DNA of 64,000 nucleotides, from positions 1,094,611 to 1,158,610 of the forward strand of contig CAVQGY010000002.1 of the NCBI GenBank assembly GCA_963712165.1. The letters run 5' to 3'. A model generated the notes under the pieces. The model saw only the letters and a list, made by a program, of their open reading frames with translations. It did not search any database and was not told the DNA's origin. Below are positions 20,009-28,433 of this stretch, piece by piece (the first letter of the stretch is position 1; every line of letters begins with the position of its first letter). The stretch is from an uncultured Chloroflexia bacterium. Lineage in GTDB: Bacteria; Chloroflexota; Anaerolineae; Anaerolineales; UBA11858. The translations under genes were made by a program, and so were the position numbers.

Positions 20009-20533
20009 TTGGCTATTTCAAAGCAGCAGAAGGAAGAACTCATCCTGAAGTACAAAAAGTGGATTGAAGAAAGTGATGGGTTGGTATTTACCCACTACCA
20101 TAATTTGTCTGTCAAGGATATCAGTGATCTCCGCAGAGAGATCCGAGGATCCGGTGGTGAGTTCCATGTCATAAAGAACACGCTGGCAAAAAGGGTATTT
20201 GAAGAAAGTGGCCGCGAGTGGAAGGAAGATATTTTTACTGGTCCTACCGCGCTGGGCATATCTTATGAAAATCCCTCTGGTCTCGCCAAGGCGATAAAGG
20301 ACTTCGCCAAGGAAAAGGGTACCATCGAGATCAAAAGCGGATACCTGGCTGAAAGGCTGGTAACCGCGGAGGAAATAAATGCTCTGGCAGATCTGCCATC
20401 CATGGCTGAGATGAGAGCTATACTGCTCAGCACCATCGCAGCTCCGGCTTCCAAACTGGTCCGGACTCTGGCAGAACCTGGCCGGCAAATGGCCGCTGTG
20501 CTCAAGTCTTACTCTGAGCAGTCAGCTGCCTGA
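20009..20533 (+). CDS. rplJ: 50S ribosomal protein L10
   Basis: TTG start 9 nt after GAAGGAGG. MAISKQQKEELI...HVIKNTLAKRV. Confidence 0.93.
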   Translation: MAISKQQKEELILKYKKWIEESDGLVFTHYHNLSVKDISDLRREIRGSGGEFHVIKNTLAKRVFEESGREWKEDIFTGPTALGISYENPSGLAKAIKDFAKEKGTIEIKSGYLAERLVTAEEINALADLPSMAEMRAILLSTIAAPASKLVRTLAEPGRQMAAVLKSYSEQSAA

Positions 20534-20580
20534 TAAATTAGAGAACAAATTGGCTGAATTGCCGTAATAAGGAGAAAAAA

Positions 20581-20961
20581 ATGGCTGATATTAACAAAAT
20601 TAAAGATGAATTGGGCAAATTGACCGTTCTGGAAGCTGCAGAATTGGTTAAGATGCTGGAAGAAGAATGGGGTGTTTCCGCTGCCGCTCCCGTAGCAATG
20701 GCCGCTGTTGCCGCTGGTGGTGGGGATGCAGGTGGAGACGCTGAAGAGAAATCAGAATACGATGTCATTATCAAGGACGTCGGACCCAAGAAGATCGAAG
20801 TGATTAAGGCTATCCGCGCAATCACCAGCCTGGGTCTGAAAGATGCCAAAGATATGGCTGAAGCTGCTGGTGCCAAGGTTCTCGAAGCCGCTGGGAAAGA
20901 AGCAGCAGAAGACGCAAAGAAACAACTTGAGGAAGCTGGAGCAGTTATCGAGCTTGCTTAA
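20581..20961 (+). CDS. rplL: 50S ribosomal protein L7/L12
   Basis: [24 protein letters not shown]...Ala/Gly hinge...[24 protein letters not shown]. Confidence 0.95.
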   Translation: MADINKIKDELGKLTVLEAAELVKMLEEEWGVSAAAPVAMAAVAAGGGDAGGDAEEKSEYDVIIKDVGPKKIEVIKAIRAITSLGLKDAKDMAEAAGAKVLEAAGKEAAEDAKKQLEEAGAVIELA

Positions 20962-20979
20962 TTAGTCAAACGGGTTCAG

Positions 20980-21020
20980 AAAGGCTGCCTAGGGATCCTT
21001 CCCGGGCAGCCTTTTGCTTT
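20980..21020 (+). terminator. intrinsic terminator after rplL
   Basis: AAAGGCTGCC (20980-20989) ... GGCAGCCTTT (21005-21014), followed by TGCTTT. Confidence 0.6.
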
Positions 21021-21092
21021 AAATAAAAATGAAGGGGTAAAGCCCTTTAGGTGGACTTCAATCCTTAATGAGGATACCGCTTCCTGAATCTA

Positions 21093-21773
21093 TCACTGAT
21101 TTTCCGCTAATTTACACAACGACGCACCTCCGCTCGCCAACCATTCATCCAAACGTGGGCTGTGATCCAGACCATCTTGGGCGTCCTGATAAATGCTTAG
21201 TCCCCAGTAGATATACCTGCGCGTCTCTTCCGGCCAGTTTTCAACAGGTTGTTGAGCGCCGGTAATTCCCCCGTTATATCCAGCCAACGCCAGACGGGCG
21301 CTGCCGCCAATTTGCAGAGATTGCTGAAGGTAAACCAATCCCCGCCTGGCATTTGTGGCTGGATCATAGGGGTTATCTCCTTCCTGAAAGTGGTAAGGCA
21401 TAACCTGGAATAAACCCATGGCGCCTGCGTGTGATCGAGCACTGGCATAGCCGCAGGATTCGATCTGCATCACGGTAGCGACCAGGTTGGGATCCAAGGA
21501 GTGTTTTTCGCTCCAGGACAGAATCTGGGTTTCCCAAGCTTTCACTTCTGGAGTGAAGAGAGGGGCGATCCCGGCTGGACTGAAAACGGTGTTCCCTCCT
21601 GGAGGAGGGAGTGGAACTTCAGCTTGAACGATCTCGATACTGCTCAACCCGAATACCAGGCCAGTGCTGACCAGCAGGACGGCCAGGATTGGCAGAAGGA
21701 AGCGGCGCAGGCAGCCTGTCTGTTGGGAGAAGGCCGCCTGCGCCTGTACGGAGGAGGGGGGAGAAGAAACCAT
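21093..21773 (-). CDS. secreted/anchored lytic transglycosylase (SLT domain)
   Basis: N-terminal TM or signal segment (FLLPILAVLLVSTGLVFGL). Catalytic region MQIESCGYASARSHAGAMGLFQVMPYHF. Starts 9 nt after the upstream membrane-protein gene. Confidence 0.85.
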   Translation of the reverse strand: MVSSPPSSVQAQAAFSQQTGCLRRFLLPILAVLLVSTGLVFGLSSIEIVQAEVPLPPPGGNTVFSPAGIAPLFTPEVKAWETQILSWSEKHSLDPNLVATVMQIESCGYASARSHAGAMGLFQVMPYHFQEGDNPYDPATNARRGLVYLQQSLQIGGSARLALAGYNGGITGAQQPVENWPEETRRYIYWGLSIYQDAQDGLDHSPRLDEWLASGGASLCKLAENQ

Positions 21774-21782
21774 CTATTTTGA

Positions 21783-22436
21783 TTAGTGCTGATCCCTGCT
21801 CATGGCCGAGAGAGGCTGATAGGAGGGCTCGGGTCGTGGTGCGGGTTTGGGTGCGGGGCGGCGGGCTGGAGTCCCCTTTCGACTGGAAACCGGAGCCCTG
21901 CGGCTGGACACGGAGGCAGGGAAATCCACCTGCAGCTGGTCGCGGCCGAAATAGCGCTCACCGGCCACACTGAACAGGCCAATGATCAATACCCGCAGGA
22001 TCCAGATCATCACAGCCACAAAGATCGGCACCACTTTCAACAGGGTCTGCCGGGCGATGACTGCGTTGCCCAGGGTCTCATGGTTGGCGATGGCGATCGA
22101 TACACCCCACCAGGTCAGCAGGGCATTCATGGTGGCGGCGATCAGCCAGGCGGCGAACAGGTACCAGGAATCGTTGTCCTCCCCCACTTTGCCTTCGGGG
22201 GAGAACAGGCGGGCAATGCCAGCAAAATCGATCCCGCAGAAGGCGATGGCCAGGATGGTGGCCCAGCGCACGCCCCAGAAGCGCAGCCCACCCAGCAGGT
22301 CGGTGAGGGCAAAATCGGTCGTGCTGTAATTGAAGATCTCAAAGGCGACCAGGGCGGTGATGATCAGAAGCCCAAAGACGACGCCGCGTTTGACCTGAAC
22401 CCGTTGTGGAATAAAAGGAATGCTGTTGGCGGACAT
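21783..22436 (-). CDS. uncharacterised membrane protein (4 predicted TM helices, Pro/Arg/Ser-rich C-terminal tail)
   Basis: 217-aa ORF with AGGAGG upstream of the ATG. Four hydrophobic helices. Tail is ...SSRRAPVSSRKGTPARRPAPKPAPRPEPSYQP. No family recognised. Confidence 0.75.
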   Translation of the reverse strand: MSANSIPFIPQRVQVKRGVVFGLLIITALVAFEIFNYSTTDFALTDLLGGLRFWGVRWATILAIAFCGIDFAGIARLFSPEGKVGEDNDSWYLFAAWLIAATMNALLTWWGVSIAIANHETLGNAVIARQTLLKVVPIFVAVMIWILRVLIIGLFSVAGERYFGRDQLQVDFPASVSSRRAPVSSRKGTPARRPAPKPAPRPEPSYQPLSAMSRDQH

Positions 22437-22462
22437 GGTGTACCTCCTAAGATGATAGAACT

Positions 22463-22476
22463 AGAACAAATGTTCT
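22463..22476. promoter_or_regulatory. LexA (SOS) box, Gram-positive/Cheo type, perfect arms
   Basis: AGAACAAATGTTCT matches GAAC-N4-GTTC. It lies downstream of the -10 of the minus-strand promoter. An extra TAGAAC half-site sits at 22456-22461. Confidence 0.6.
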
Positions 22477-22487
22477 TTATAGGTTCC

Positions 22488-22516
22488 ACTATAGAACAAA
22501 TATTCTAATTTGTCAA
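22488..22516 (-). promoter_or_regulatory. near-consensus sigma-70-type promoter of the membrane protein-SLT operon
   Basis: On the minus strand: TTGACA (22516-22511), 17-nt spacer, TATAGT (22493-22488). Confidence 0.55.
22493..22506. promoter_or_regulatory. second LexA-like box (one arm mismatch)
   Basis: AGAACAAATATTCT. It lies almost entirely in the spacer of the minus-strand promoter, with its first base shared with the -10 hexamer. Confidence 0.5.
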
Positions 22517-22577
22517 GGGATATCTAAAAATGGTTTTCTGTTAAAATAGGAAGAACCCATCGATCGGTGAAGAAAAT

Positions 22578-23054
22578 ATGGAAAGACTCTGGTCTCCCTG
22601 GCGCATGAAATATATACAAGGTGATAACCCAAAGGATGAATGCCCCTTCTGCGCAGCCCTGGCTGACAGCGATCCAGCAGACTGCAAGCTGGTCCATAGA
22701 GGGAAATTTTCCTTTGTGATCTTAAACTTGTATCCGTATACTACCGGTCACCTGCTGGTATTACCCCTGGAGCATAAAGAACAGCTTAAGGACCTTGACG
22801 GGAATACCCGGTCAGAGATGATGGAGCTGATCAATCATTGCCTGGAGGTGCTGGAGGAGGCCTATCACCCGGAAGGATTCAATATCGGCATGAATATGGG
22901 GGAGGCTGCCGGAGCAGGCATCCCCAAACACTTACATTGGCATATTGTTCCCCGCTGGGTGGGTGATACCAATTATATGAGCACTGTCGGCGGCGTTAGG
23001 GTGCTGCCGGAATTACTGGAAGATACTTACCAGGTGGTTTTGGACCACTGGTAA
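22578..23054 (+). CDS. HIT-family nucleotide hydrolase/phosphorylase
   Basis: Histidine triad HLHWHIVPRW, plus N-terminal CPFC and VILNLYPYTTGHLLV. Confidence 0.85.
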   Translation: MERLWSPWRMKYIQGDNPKDECPFCAALADSDPADCKLVHRGKFSFVILNLYPYTTGHLLVLPLEHKEQLKDLDGNTRSEMMELINHCLEVLEEAYHPEGFNIGMNMGEAAGAGIPKHLHWHIVPRWVGDTNYMSTVGGVRVLPELLEDTYQVVLDHW

Positions 23055-23117
23055 TCGATCAGAATGAGTTGAGATTATTCACAAAGAAGAATCATCGTAT
23101 GAGGAGGTTGTCCACTC

Positions 23118-24317
23118 ATGGCAGAAAACCATCCACTTATCATCAGCGCAGTCCGCACGCCTTCGGGATCCTTCCAGGGATCCCTGAGTGGATTCACAGC
23201 GCCTGAGCTGGGCGCCCTGGTCGTTAAGGAGGCGGTTCAGCGGGCCGGCATCCCTGATCGGAAAGAGATCGACGAAGTGATCATGGGCAACGTGGTCTCG
23301 GCTGGCCTGGGACAGAATCCCGCCCGCCAGGCTGCCATTGGAGCCGGACTTCCGGATTCAGTGGGCGCTTTCACCCTGAACAAGGTCTGCGGATCGGGTT
23401 TAAAGGCAGTTATGCTGGCTGCAGGAAGCATCAAAGCTGGAGACGGTGAGCTGTATGTCTGCGGTGGAATGGAGTCCATGAGCCGCACACCCTATTTATT
23501 GAGGGGTCGCTCAGGGGAATTGCGTTTTGGCCACGGTCAGCTGATCGATTCTTTGCTGCACGACGGTTTGTGGGATCCTTTTGAGGATTGGGGCATGGGC
23601 AACGCGGCTGAATTCATTGCCGAGGAATATGATATCTCCCGCGAAGAAATGGACCGGTTTGCATATGAATCCCACCAGAAATCCCTGGAGGCCATTGACG
23701 CCGGGCGATTCAAGAATGAGATTGTCCCGCTGGAGATCAAGGGCAGGAAGGGGGAAGTGACTATCTTTGATACCGACGAGACCCCGCGAAGGGACACAAC
23801 CCTGGAGGTTCTTGGAAAATTGAGGCCAGCCTTTATCAAGAATGGAAAGGTCACTGCTGGTAATGCTCCCGGGCTGAATGACGGGGCAGCGGCTGTCGTG
23901 GTGGGCAGCCAAGCCAAGGCGGGCGGGATCAAGGCCAAACCTTTGGCGCGGATCATAGGCTACGCCCAATCTGCGGTGGAACCGAAATACCTCTTTTACG
24001 CCCCGGCCGTTGCCATGCCAAAATTGATGAAAGAGGTCGGCTGGAAAATGAAGGATATCGATCTGATTGAACTTAACGAGGCCTTTGCTGCCCAGGTGCT
24101 GGCAGACGGCAAAGCTATGACCAAACTGGGATGGGATTGGGACAAGGTGAACGTCAATGGTGGCGCCATTGCCCTGGGTCATCCCATTGGCGCGAGTGGC
24201 GCCCGGGTATTGACCACACTGATCTATGCCCTGAAGGATCGGGGATTAAAACGCGGGATGGTTTCCTTGTGCTTGGGAGGGGGGGAAGCGGTGGCAATGG
24301 CGATAGAATTGGTCTAA
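23118..24317 (+). CDS. acetyl-CoA C-acetyltransferase (thiolase II)
   Basis: Active-site region [20 protein letters not shown], and C-terminal [17 protein letters not shown] and CLGGGEAVA. Confidence 0.92.
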   Translation: MAENHPLIISAVRTPSGSFQGSLSGFTAPELGALVVKEAVQRAGIPDRKEIDEVIMGNVVSAGLGQNPARQAAIGAGLPDSVGAFTLNKVCGSGLKAVMLAAGSIKAGDGELYVCGGMESMSRTPYLLRGRSGELRFGHGQLIDSLLHDGLWDPFEDWGMGNAAEFIAEEYDISREEMDRFAYESHQKSLEAIDAGRFKNEIVPLEIKGRKGEVTIFDTDETPRRDTTLEVLGKLRPAFIKNGKVTAGNAPGLNDGAAAVVVGSQAKAGGIKAKPLARIIGYAQSAVEPKYLFYAPAVAMPKLMKEVGWKMKDIDLIELNEAFAAQVLADGKAMTKLGWDWDKVNVNGGAIALGHPIGASGARVLTTLIYALKDRGLKRGMVSLCLGGGEAVAMAIELV

Positions 24318-24413
24318 ATATTAGGTTGCGGCTGGGTACTCGGGGAGGGAGACCGGCCGCGGTTTTTATACCTACGACTGAACCCGCAGGTCCTGTAAAA
24401 GGAAGGAGGCAGG

Positions 24414-24839
24414 ATGACAGTCAATATCCACGAGATGTCCATGGAGGATTATCCAGAAGTTTATCGCTTGTGGGAGATGAGCGATAAGATCGGTCTCAGT
24501 AAAGCGGACTCCCAGCACAGCATCCAGAAATTCCTGGAGCGCAATCCGGGTATGAGCTACACAGCCTGGATCGAGGGCAAAATGGTGGGTGCGGCGCTGT
24601 GCGGTCATGATGGCCGTCGGGGATATATCCATCACCTGATGGTCCACCCCGATTACAGGCGTCAGGGTATCGGCCAATCGCTGGTTAGCCGCTGCATGTT
24701 TGCCCTGACCCGGATCGGGATCCAGAAATGCCACCTATTCGTTTTTGAGGATAATACGGACGGGATCAAGTTCTGGGAAAGCCTGGGCTGGACCAGGAGG
24801 GTGGAGCTGAGCATGATGTCCCAGTTTATTAACGATTGA
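24414..24839 (+). CDS. GNAT-family N-acetyltransferase
   Basis: Acetyl-CoA motif HHLMVHPDYRRQGIGQSLV. AAGGAGG precedes the ATG. Confidence 0.85.
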   Translation: MTVNIHEMSMEDYPEVYRLWEMSDKIGLSKADSQHSIQKFLERNPGMSYTAWIEGKMVGAALCGHDGRRGYIHHLMVHPDYRRQGIGQSLVSRCMFALTRIGIQKCHLFVFEDNTDGIKFWESLGWTRRVELSMMSQFIND

Positions 24840-24882
24840 GTAGGTAGTTTACCTCATATAAAGGATTTCACCCCTGAATGAC

Positions 24883-24916
24883 AAGACCCCGGAGGATTAC
24901 TCCGGGGTCTTTTTTA
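24883..24916. terminator. intrinsic terminator shared by the GNAT gene (+) and the small-ORF pair (-)
   Basis: AAGACCCCGGA (24883-24893), loop GGATTAC, TCCGGGGTCTT (24901-24911), followed by a run of Ts. Confidence 0.7.
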
Positions 24917-24940
24917 TGTTTACAACAGATCTGAGTCGGG

Positions 24941-25102
24941 TTAGGGGAGGAAGATGATGCTGATCAGCCCCTGGATCTTCCTGGTTATGCCCCGGGAGGG
25001 GGATTTGTTTTCCCGGAGGGAAAGGATCAAACGGTACTTCTTCGCTTCCTGGATCAACTCAGCCTGCCGCAGATTGTGATTATCTAGATTGATGATGAAC
25101 AT
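24941..25102 (-). CDS. small ORF B (53 aa), paralogue of small ORF A
   Basis: Not in the track. Translation is MFIINLDNHNLRQAELIQEAKKYRLILSLRENKSPSRGITRKIQGLISIIFLP. AGGAGA lies 6 nt upstream of the ATG. It starts 37 nt after ORF A. Confidence 0.5.
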   Translation of the reverse strand: MFIINLDNHNLRQAELIQEAKKYRLILSLRENKSPSRGITRKIQGLISIIFLP

Positions 25103-25139
25103 GGTTATCTCCTATATTTCCTTTGATCTTGATTTCTTC

Positions 25140-25328
25140 CTAGTAAGCGGCCCGGGCTAAAGTGCAGGTTTCCTGCTGGACCATCCAGGTTGGGCTCACT
25201 ACCCGTTTGGTTGGCTTGCTGCTGGAGCCCTTGGAGGTTTCCAGGGACTTGACCAGTCGCAGATGGGCAGCGCGGCGCTGGGTTTCTTCCTGCTGGAGCT
25301 TGATTTCGAATAAATTTGTTGTAAACAT
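25140..25328 (-). CDS. small ORF A (62 aa)
   Basis: MFTTNLFEIKLQQEETQRRAAHLRLVKSLETSKGSSSKPTKRVV.... AAGGAGA lies 6 nt upstream of the ATG. It shares MF..NL....L.Q.E....A...RL..SL...K with ORF B. Confidence 0.55.
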   Translation of the reverse strand: MFTTNLFEIKLQQEETQRRAAHLRLVKSLETSKGSSSKPTKRVVSPTWMVQQETCTLARAAY

Positions 25329-25364
25329 GTTATTCTCCTTACTTATTTCTTGATTATTGATTAC

Positions 25365-25392
25365 AGTATATCAAAAAAATCAAGTTTGTCAA
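25365..25392 (-). promoter_or_regulatory. near-consensus promoter for the small-ORF pair
   Basis: On the minus strand: TTGACA (25392-25387), 16-nt spacer, TATACT (25370-25365). The upstream region is very AT-rich with ATTGAAAA repeats. Confidence 0.5.
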
Positions 25393-25490
25393 GAGCAAAT
25401 ATTGAAAAAATCAATAAATATATTGAAAATTCGTAAATTTGCCCCAATTTTCATCAATTTTGAGGGTAAATTAGGTAAAATTGGACACCC

Positions 25491-25528
25491 AAAAAGGCTC
25501 CCGACGGGTGGTTGGGAGCCTTTTTTTT
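25491..25528. terminator. bidirectional intrinsic terminator after gatB
   Basis: AAAAA-GGCTCCC ... GGGAGCC-TTTTTTTT. Confidence 0.75.
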
Positions 25529-25559
25529 GCGGATTGTAGTGGATCTTGGAGGTTACTTT

Positions 25560-26996
25560 TTATCTTTCAAGGAGGCGGATCAGTATTTCTCGCACAGCCT
25601 GGGGGTCGGCAACTCCGCCAGATTGGGACATAACCTGGCCCATGAACCAGCTGATCAGGCCCTTTTTGCCAGATTGGTACTGCTCCACCTGGTCTGGGCT
25701 GTCATCGATAACCTGCTGGCAGATCGCCTCGATTGCGGAGGAATCGGTCAGCTGTCCCAGACCTTCACTCTCAACGATCTGGCCGGGCTCCCTTTTTTCC
25801 CCTTCGGTTCTTCGGACCAGCTCCCGGCCGGTACTGGTGTTGATCTGGCCGCTATCAACAAGTTTGATGATCTCCGCCAATCTCTCCGGAGTGAGGTAGA
25901 GCTCAGCCAGGGGAATTTCCAGGTCATTGACCAGTCCTAGAAGGTCATTGATGACCCAATTGGCAGCGGTCTTGGGTTCGACCCCAGAAGCCTTGAGGGT
26001 AAACTCAAAATAATCGGATAGGTCACGTTCACTGGTCAGGGTGGCGGCTTCCTTTGGGGAAAGGGCATATTCCTGAATGAAGCGTTTTTCCCGCTGGTAG
26101 GGAAGCTCAGGCAAGCTGGCCAGGATTTCCTGGATTTGATCATCGTCCAATTTGACAGCCAGCAGATCGGGCTCTTTGAAATAGCGGTAGTCGGCCTCGG
26201 TCTCTTTGGAGCGCATCTTGGACAGGGTCTTGGTCTCCTCGTCCCAGTCCAGGGTCCAGGATTCAATCACACCGCCGGCTTCCACTTCCTTGATCTGGCG
26301 CTGGATCTCCATCTTGATGGCTTCCCGACCGTGTTCGATCGAGTTCATATTCTTGATCTCGGTTTTGGGATTGAGGATGGTAGCGCCACCTTCGCGGATG
26401 GAGACATTGGCGTCAAAGCGCATTTTTCCCTTTTCCATATCAGCGTCCGAAACCCCGATCCAGCGCACCAACGACCGCAGATAGCGGATGAAGGCTGCGG
26501 CCTCATCCGCGGAGCGCAGGTCCGGCCCGGTGACCATTTCCACCAGGGGCACACCACAGCGGTTGAAGTCCAGCAGACGCCGGCCGGGTTTGTGGATGGT
26601 CTTACCCGCGTCTTCCTCGATGTGCATCTTCTCGATCTTGATCCTGCGGGTGGAGCCATCCTCGAGGGAAAGGTCCAGGTGGCCGCCTTTGCCTATGGCC
26701 AGGTCATACTGGGTGATCTGGTAACCCTTGGGCAGGTCGGGGTAGAAATAGTTCTTGCGATCGAAATAGGATTCCGGGCTCACTTCGGAGTTCATGGCTG
26801 ATGCCAGTAGGGCGCCTTTTTCGATCACTGCCCGATTGGGCACAGGCAGGACACCCGGTTGACCGGTGCAGACCGGGCAAATATTGGTGTTGGGGGGATC
26901 ACCCCAGGAATCTGCCTTGCAGGAGCAGAAGATCTTGCTGTGGGTGTTAAGCTGAATGTGGATTTCCAGGCCGATCACGGCTTCATAAGAGGTCAT
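25560..26996 (-). CDS. gatB: Asp-tRNA(Asn)/Glu-tRNA(Gln) amidotransferase subunit B
   Basis: YEAVIGLEIHIQLNT.SKIFC.C..., CPVCTGQPGVLP, DFNR.GVPL.E.V..PD, and a C-terminal YqeY-like tail. Confidence 0.95.
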   Translation of the reverse strand: MTSYEAVIGLEIHIQLNTHSKIFCSCKADSWGDPPNTNICPVCTGQPGVLPVPNRAVIEKGALLASAMNSEVSPESYFDRKNYFYPDLPKGYQITQYDLAIGKGGHLDLSLEDGSTRRIKIEKMHIEEDAGKTIHKPGRRLLDFNRCGVPLVEMVTGPDLRSADEAAAFIRYLRSLVRWIGVSDADMEKGKMRFDANVSIREGGATILNPKTEIKNMNSIEHGREAIKMEIQRQIKEVEAGGVIESWTLDWDEETKTLSKMRSKETEADYRYFKEPDLLAVKLDDDQIQEILASLPELPYQREKRFIQEYALSPKEAATLTSERDLSDYFEFTLKASGVEPKTAANWVINDLLGLVNDLEIPLAELYLTPERLAEIIKLVDSGQINTSTGRELVRRTEGEKREPGQIVESEGLGQLTDSSAIEAICQQVIDDSPDQVEQYQSGKKGLISWFMGQVMSQSGGVADPQAVREILIRLLER

Positions 26997-27116
26997 AGGG
27001 AAAAATATCCTGATCCTGGTCTTTGACTGCTCCCTTTTTTACCACACTTCCGGGGCAGCGGTGAGGCTCGTTAATGGTGCTGTACCTGATATTATACTTC
27101 GAGTATAATCAAAGTC

Positions 27117-27938
27117 ATGAAAAAGACTCCCTGGGTCCTGGCCCTGATCAGCATTCTGGTCGTGGGCGGCTTGATTCTAGCCTTGGTCCCGGGCGCTCCC
27201 GCTCTGGCAGCGCCCAACCCGCAGTTGACCAATTTCCCGACCCCAACCCCTGGATCAGACGGCCGGATCATCTACATCGTCCAGCCCTTGGATACTTTGT
27301 GGCGCATTGCTGCGGTGTCCGGGCTCAGTGTGGCTGACCTGCGGGATCTGAATAGACTGGACCCGGATGACGTTGTCTTCGAGGGAATGGAACTCTTCCT
27401 GGGATTGGGTGGACCAGTGGCTGGAGCAGCGACCCAGCCTCCCGAAGTCACTCAGCCCCCTCCCGAACCGACCAAAACACCGATACCTGGCAACGGCACT
27501 ATGTGTGTGCTGCTTTTTGAGGACATCAATGGGGACTCGAGGCGCCAGGAGGAGGAGATCAGCCTACCCGGAGGGGCGATCAATATCAGCAACCGCGAGG
27601 GTACAGAATCGATCACGGTAGATACTCTCCCTCATGATCCTGACTCAGATACGGCGGATTATCACTGTGAGGAGGGATTGCGGGAAGGTGACTACAATGT
27701 CAGTGTGGCCATCCCGGAGGGCTATAATCCGACGACGGCCTTGAACACCCCGGTTGAGCTGTTGGCAGGAGATATCACCTATTTGACCTTTGGCGCCCAG
27801 GCGGGTTCAGCGGTGATCGAGGAGGCTGAAACAGCCTCGGATAGCACAGGGTCGACACCCTTGCTGGGGGTGATTGGTCTGATCATGCTGCTGGGTGGGA
27901 TCGGTTTGGGGGTATACTCGGTTTGGTTTAGGAAATGA
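27117..27938 (+). CDS. LysM-domain protein with signal peptide and C-terminal TM anchor
   Basis: Signal sequence MKKTPWVLALISILVVGGLILALVPGAPALA. LysM motif YIVQPLDTLWRIAAVSGLSVADLRDLNRL. C-terminal helix LLGVIGLIMLLGGIGLGVY. Confidence 0.8.
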   Translation: MKKTPWVLALISILVVGGLILALVPGAPALAAPNPQLTNFPTPTPGSDGRIIYIVQPLDTLWRIAAVSGLSVADLRDLNRLDPDDVVFEGMELFLGLGGPVAGAATQPPEVTQPPPEPTKTPIPGNGTMCVLLFEDINGDSRRQEEEISLPGGAINISNREGTESITVDTLPHDPDSDTADYHCEEGLREGDYNVSVAIPEGYNPTTALNTPVELLAGDITYLTFGAQAGSAVIEEAETASDSTGSTPLLGVIGLIMLLGGIGLGVYSVWFRK

Positions 27939-27958
27939 ATCGTAAGTCGTAGTACTGA

Positions 27959-27996
27959 TGGGACGAATTCCATTTAAAGGGATTCGTCTCTTTTTT
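27959..27996 (+). terminator. intrinsic terminator after the LysM gene
   Basis: GGGACGAAT ... ATTCGTCTC, followed by TTTTTT. Confidence 0.65.
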
Positions 27997-28031
27997 AACA
28001 TTTTAGCCATACGGATGAGATTATTGCAATA

Positions 28032-28137
28032 TCACCCCCAGATGAATCTGGGGGCTGAGGATTGTCCCTGACTGTTTTTCACCTCTGGCAAAATTCACGG
28101 GTCTCAGTAATAAAGAAGCCCCGCTTAAGCGGGGCTT
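28032..28137. repeat. copy A of a ~105-nt conserved module (hairpin + 65-nt core + terminator hairpin)
   Basis: TCACCCCCAGATGAATCTGGGGG...GAAGCCCCGCTTAAGCGGGGCT. The 65-nt stretch 28061-28125 is identical to 28281-28345. Confidence 0.85.
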
Positions 28138-28218
28138 CTGATGATCAGCCCACGGATTTATCCGTGGGTGTTATGGATACCCCCTGAAGATCTATATGTC
28201 CCAATCTTCAATCTTCAA

Positions 28219-28253
28219 TCTATCCATAGCCATTAGGATGCGCCTGATGCCAT
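28219..28253 (-). pseudogene. duplicated remnant of the galE 3' end
   Basis: CTATCCATAGCCATTAGGATGCGCCTGATGCCAT differs at 2 of 34 positions from the true galE 3' end (28434-28467). A more degraded third copy lies around 28003-28030. Confidence 0.75.
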
Positions 28254-28254
28254 C

Positions 28255-28356
28255 TCACCCCCAGATGAATCGGGGCGAGGATTGTCCCTGACTGTTTTTC
28301 ACCTCTGGCAAAATTCACGGGTCTCAGTAATAAAGAAGCCCCGCTAAGCGGGGCTC
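28255..28356. repeat. copy B of the ~105-nt conserved module
   Basis: Same as copy A except for four single-nt indels. GCCCCGC-TAA-GCGGGGC followed by TTTATT on the minus strand acts as the galE terminator. Confidence 0.85.
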
Positions 28357-28433
28357 GACTTTGGATTGGGGATTGAATGTTAAAGGTCACATCCAGCATT
28401 CTTATCCCAACCCAAATATCCCAATCTCCTATT

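Noticed and set aside
21786-22508. 240-aa plus-strand ORF overlapping the SOS-regulated membrane protein gene
   Set aside because: The translation is Gly/Pro/Gln/His-rich with no hydrophobic core and no RBS. The minus-strand ORF has an AGGAGG RBS, a promoter and clear TM helices.
23511-24182. 223-aa minus-strand ORF inside the thiolase gene. The same applies to 26136-26801 inside gatB and 28719-29444 inside galE.
   Set aside because: Each lies antisense to a strongly conserved enzyme gene, with no RBS or motif support.
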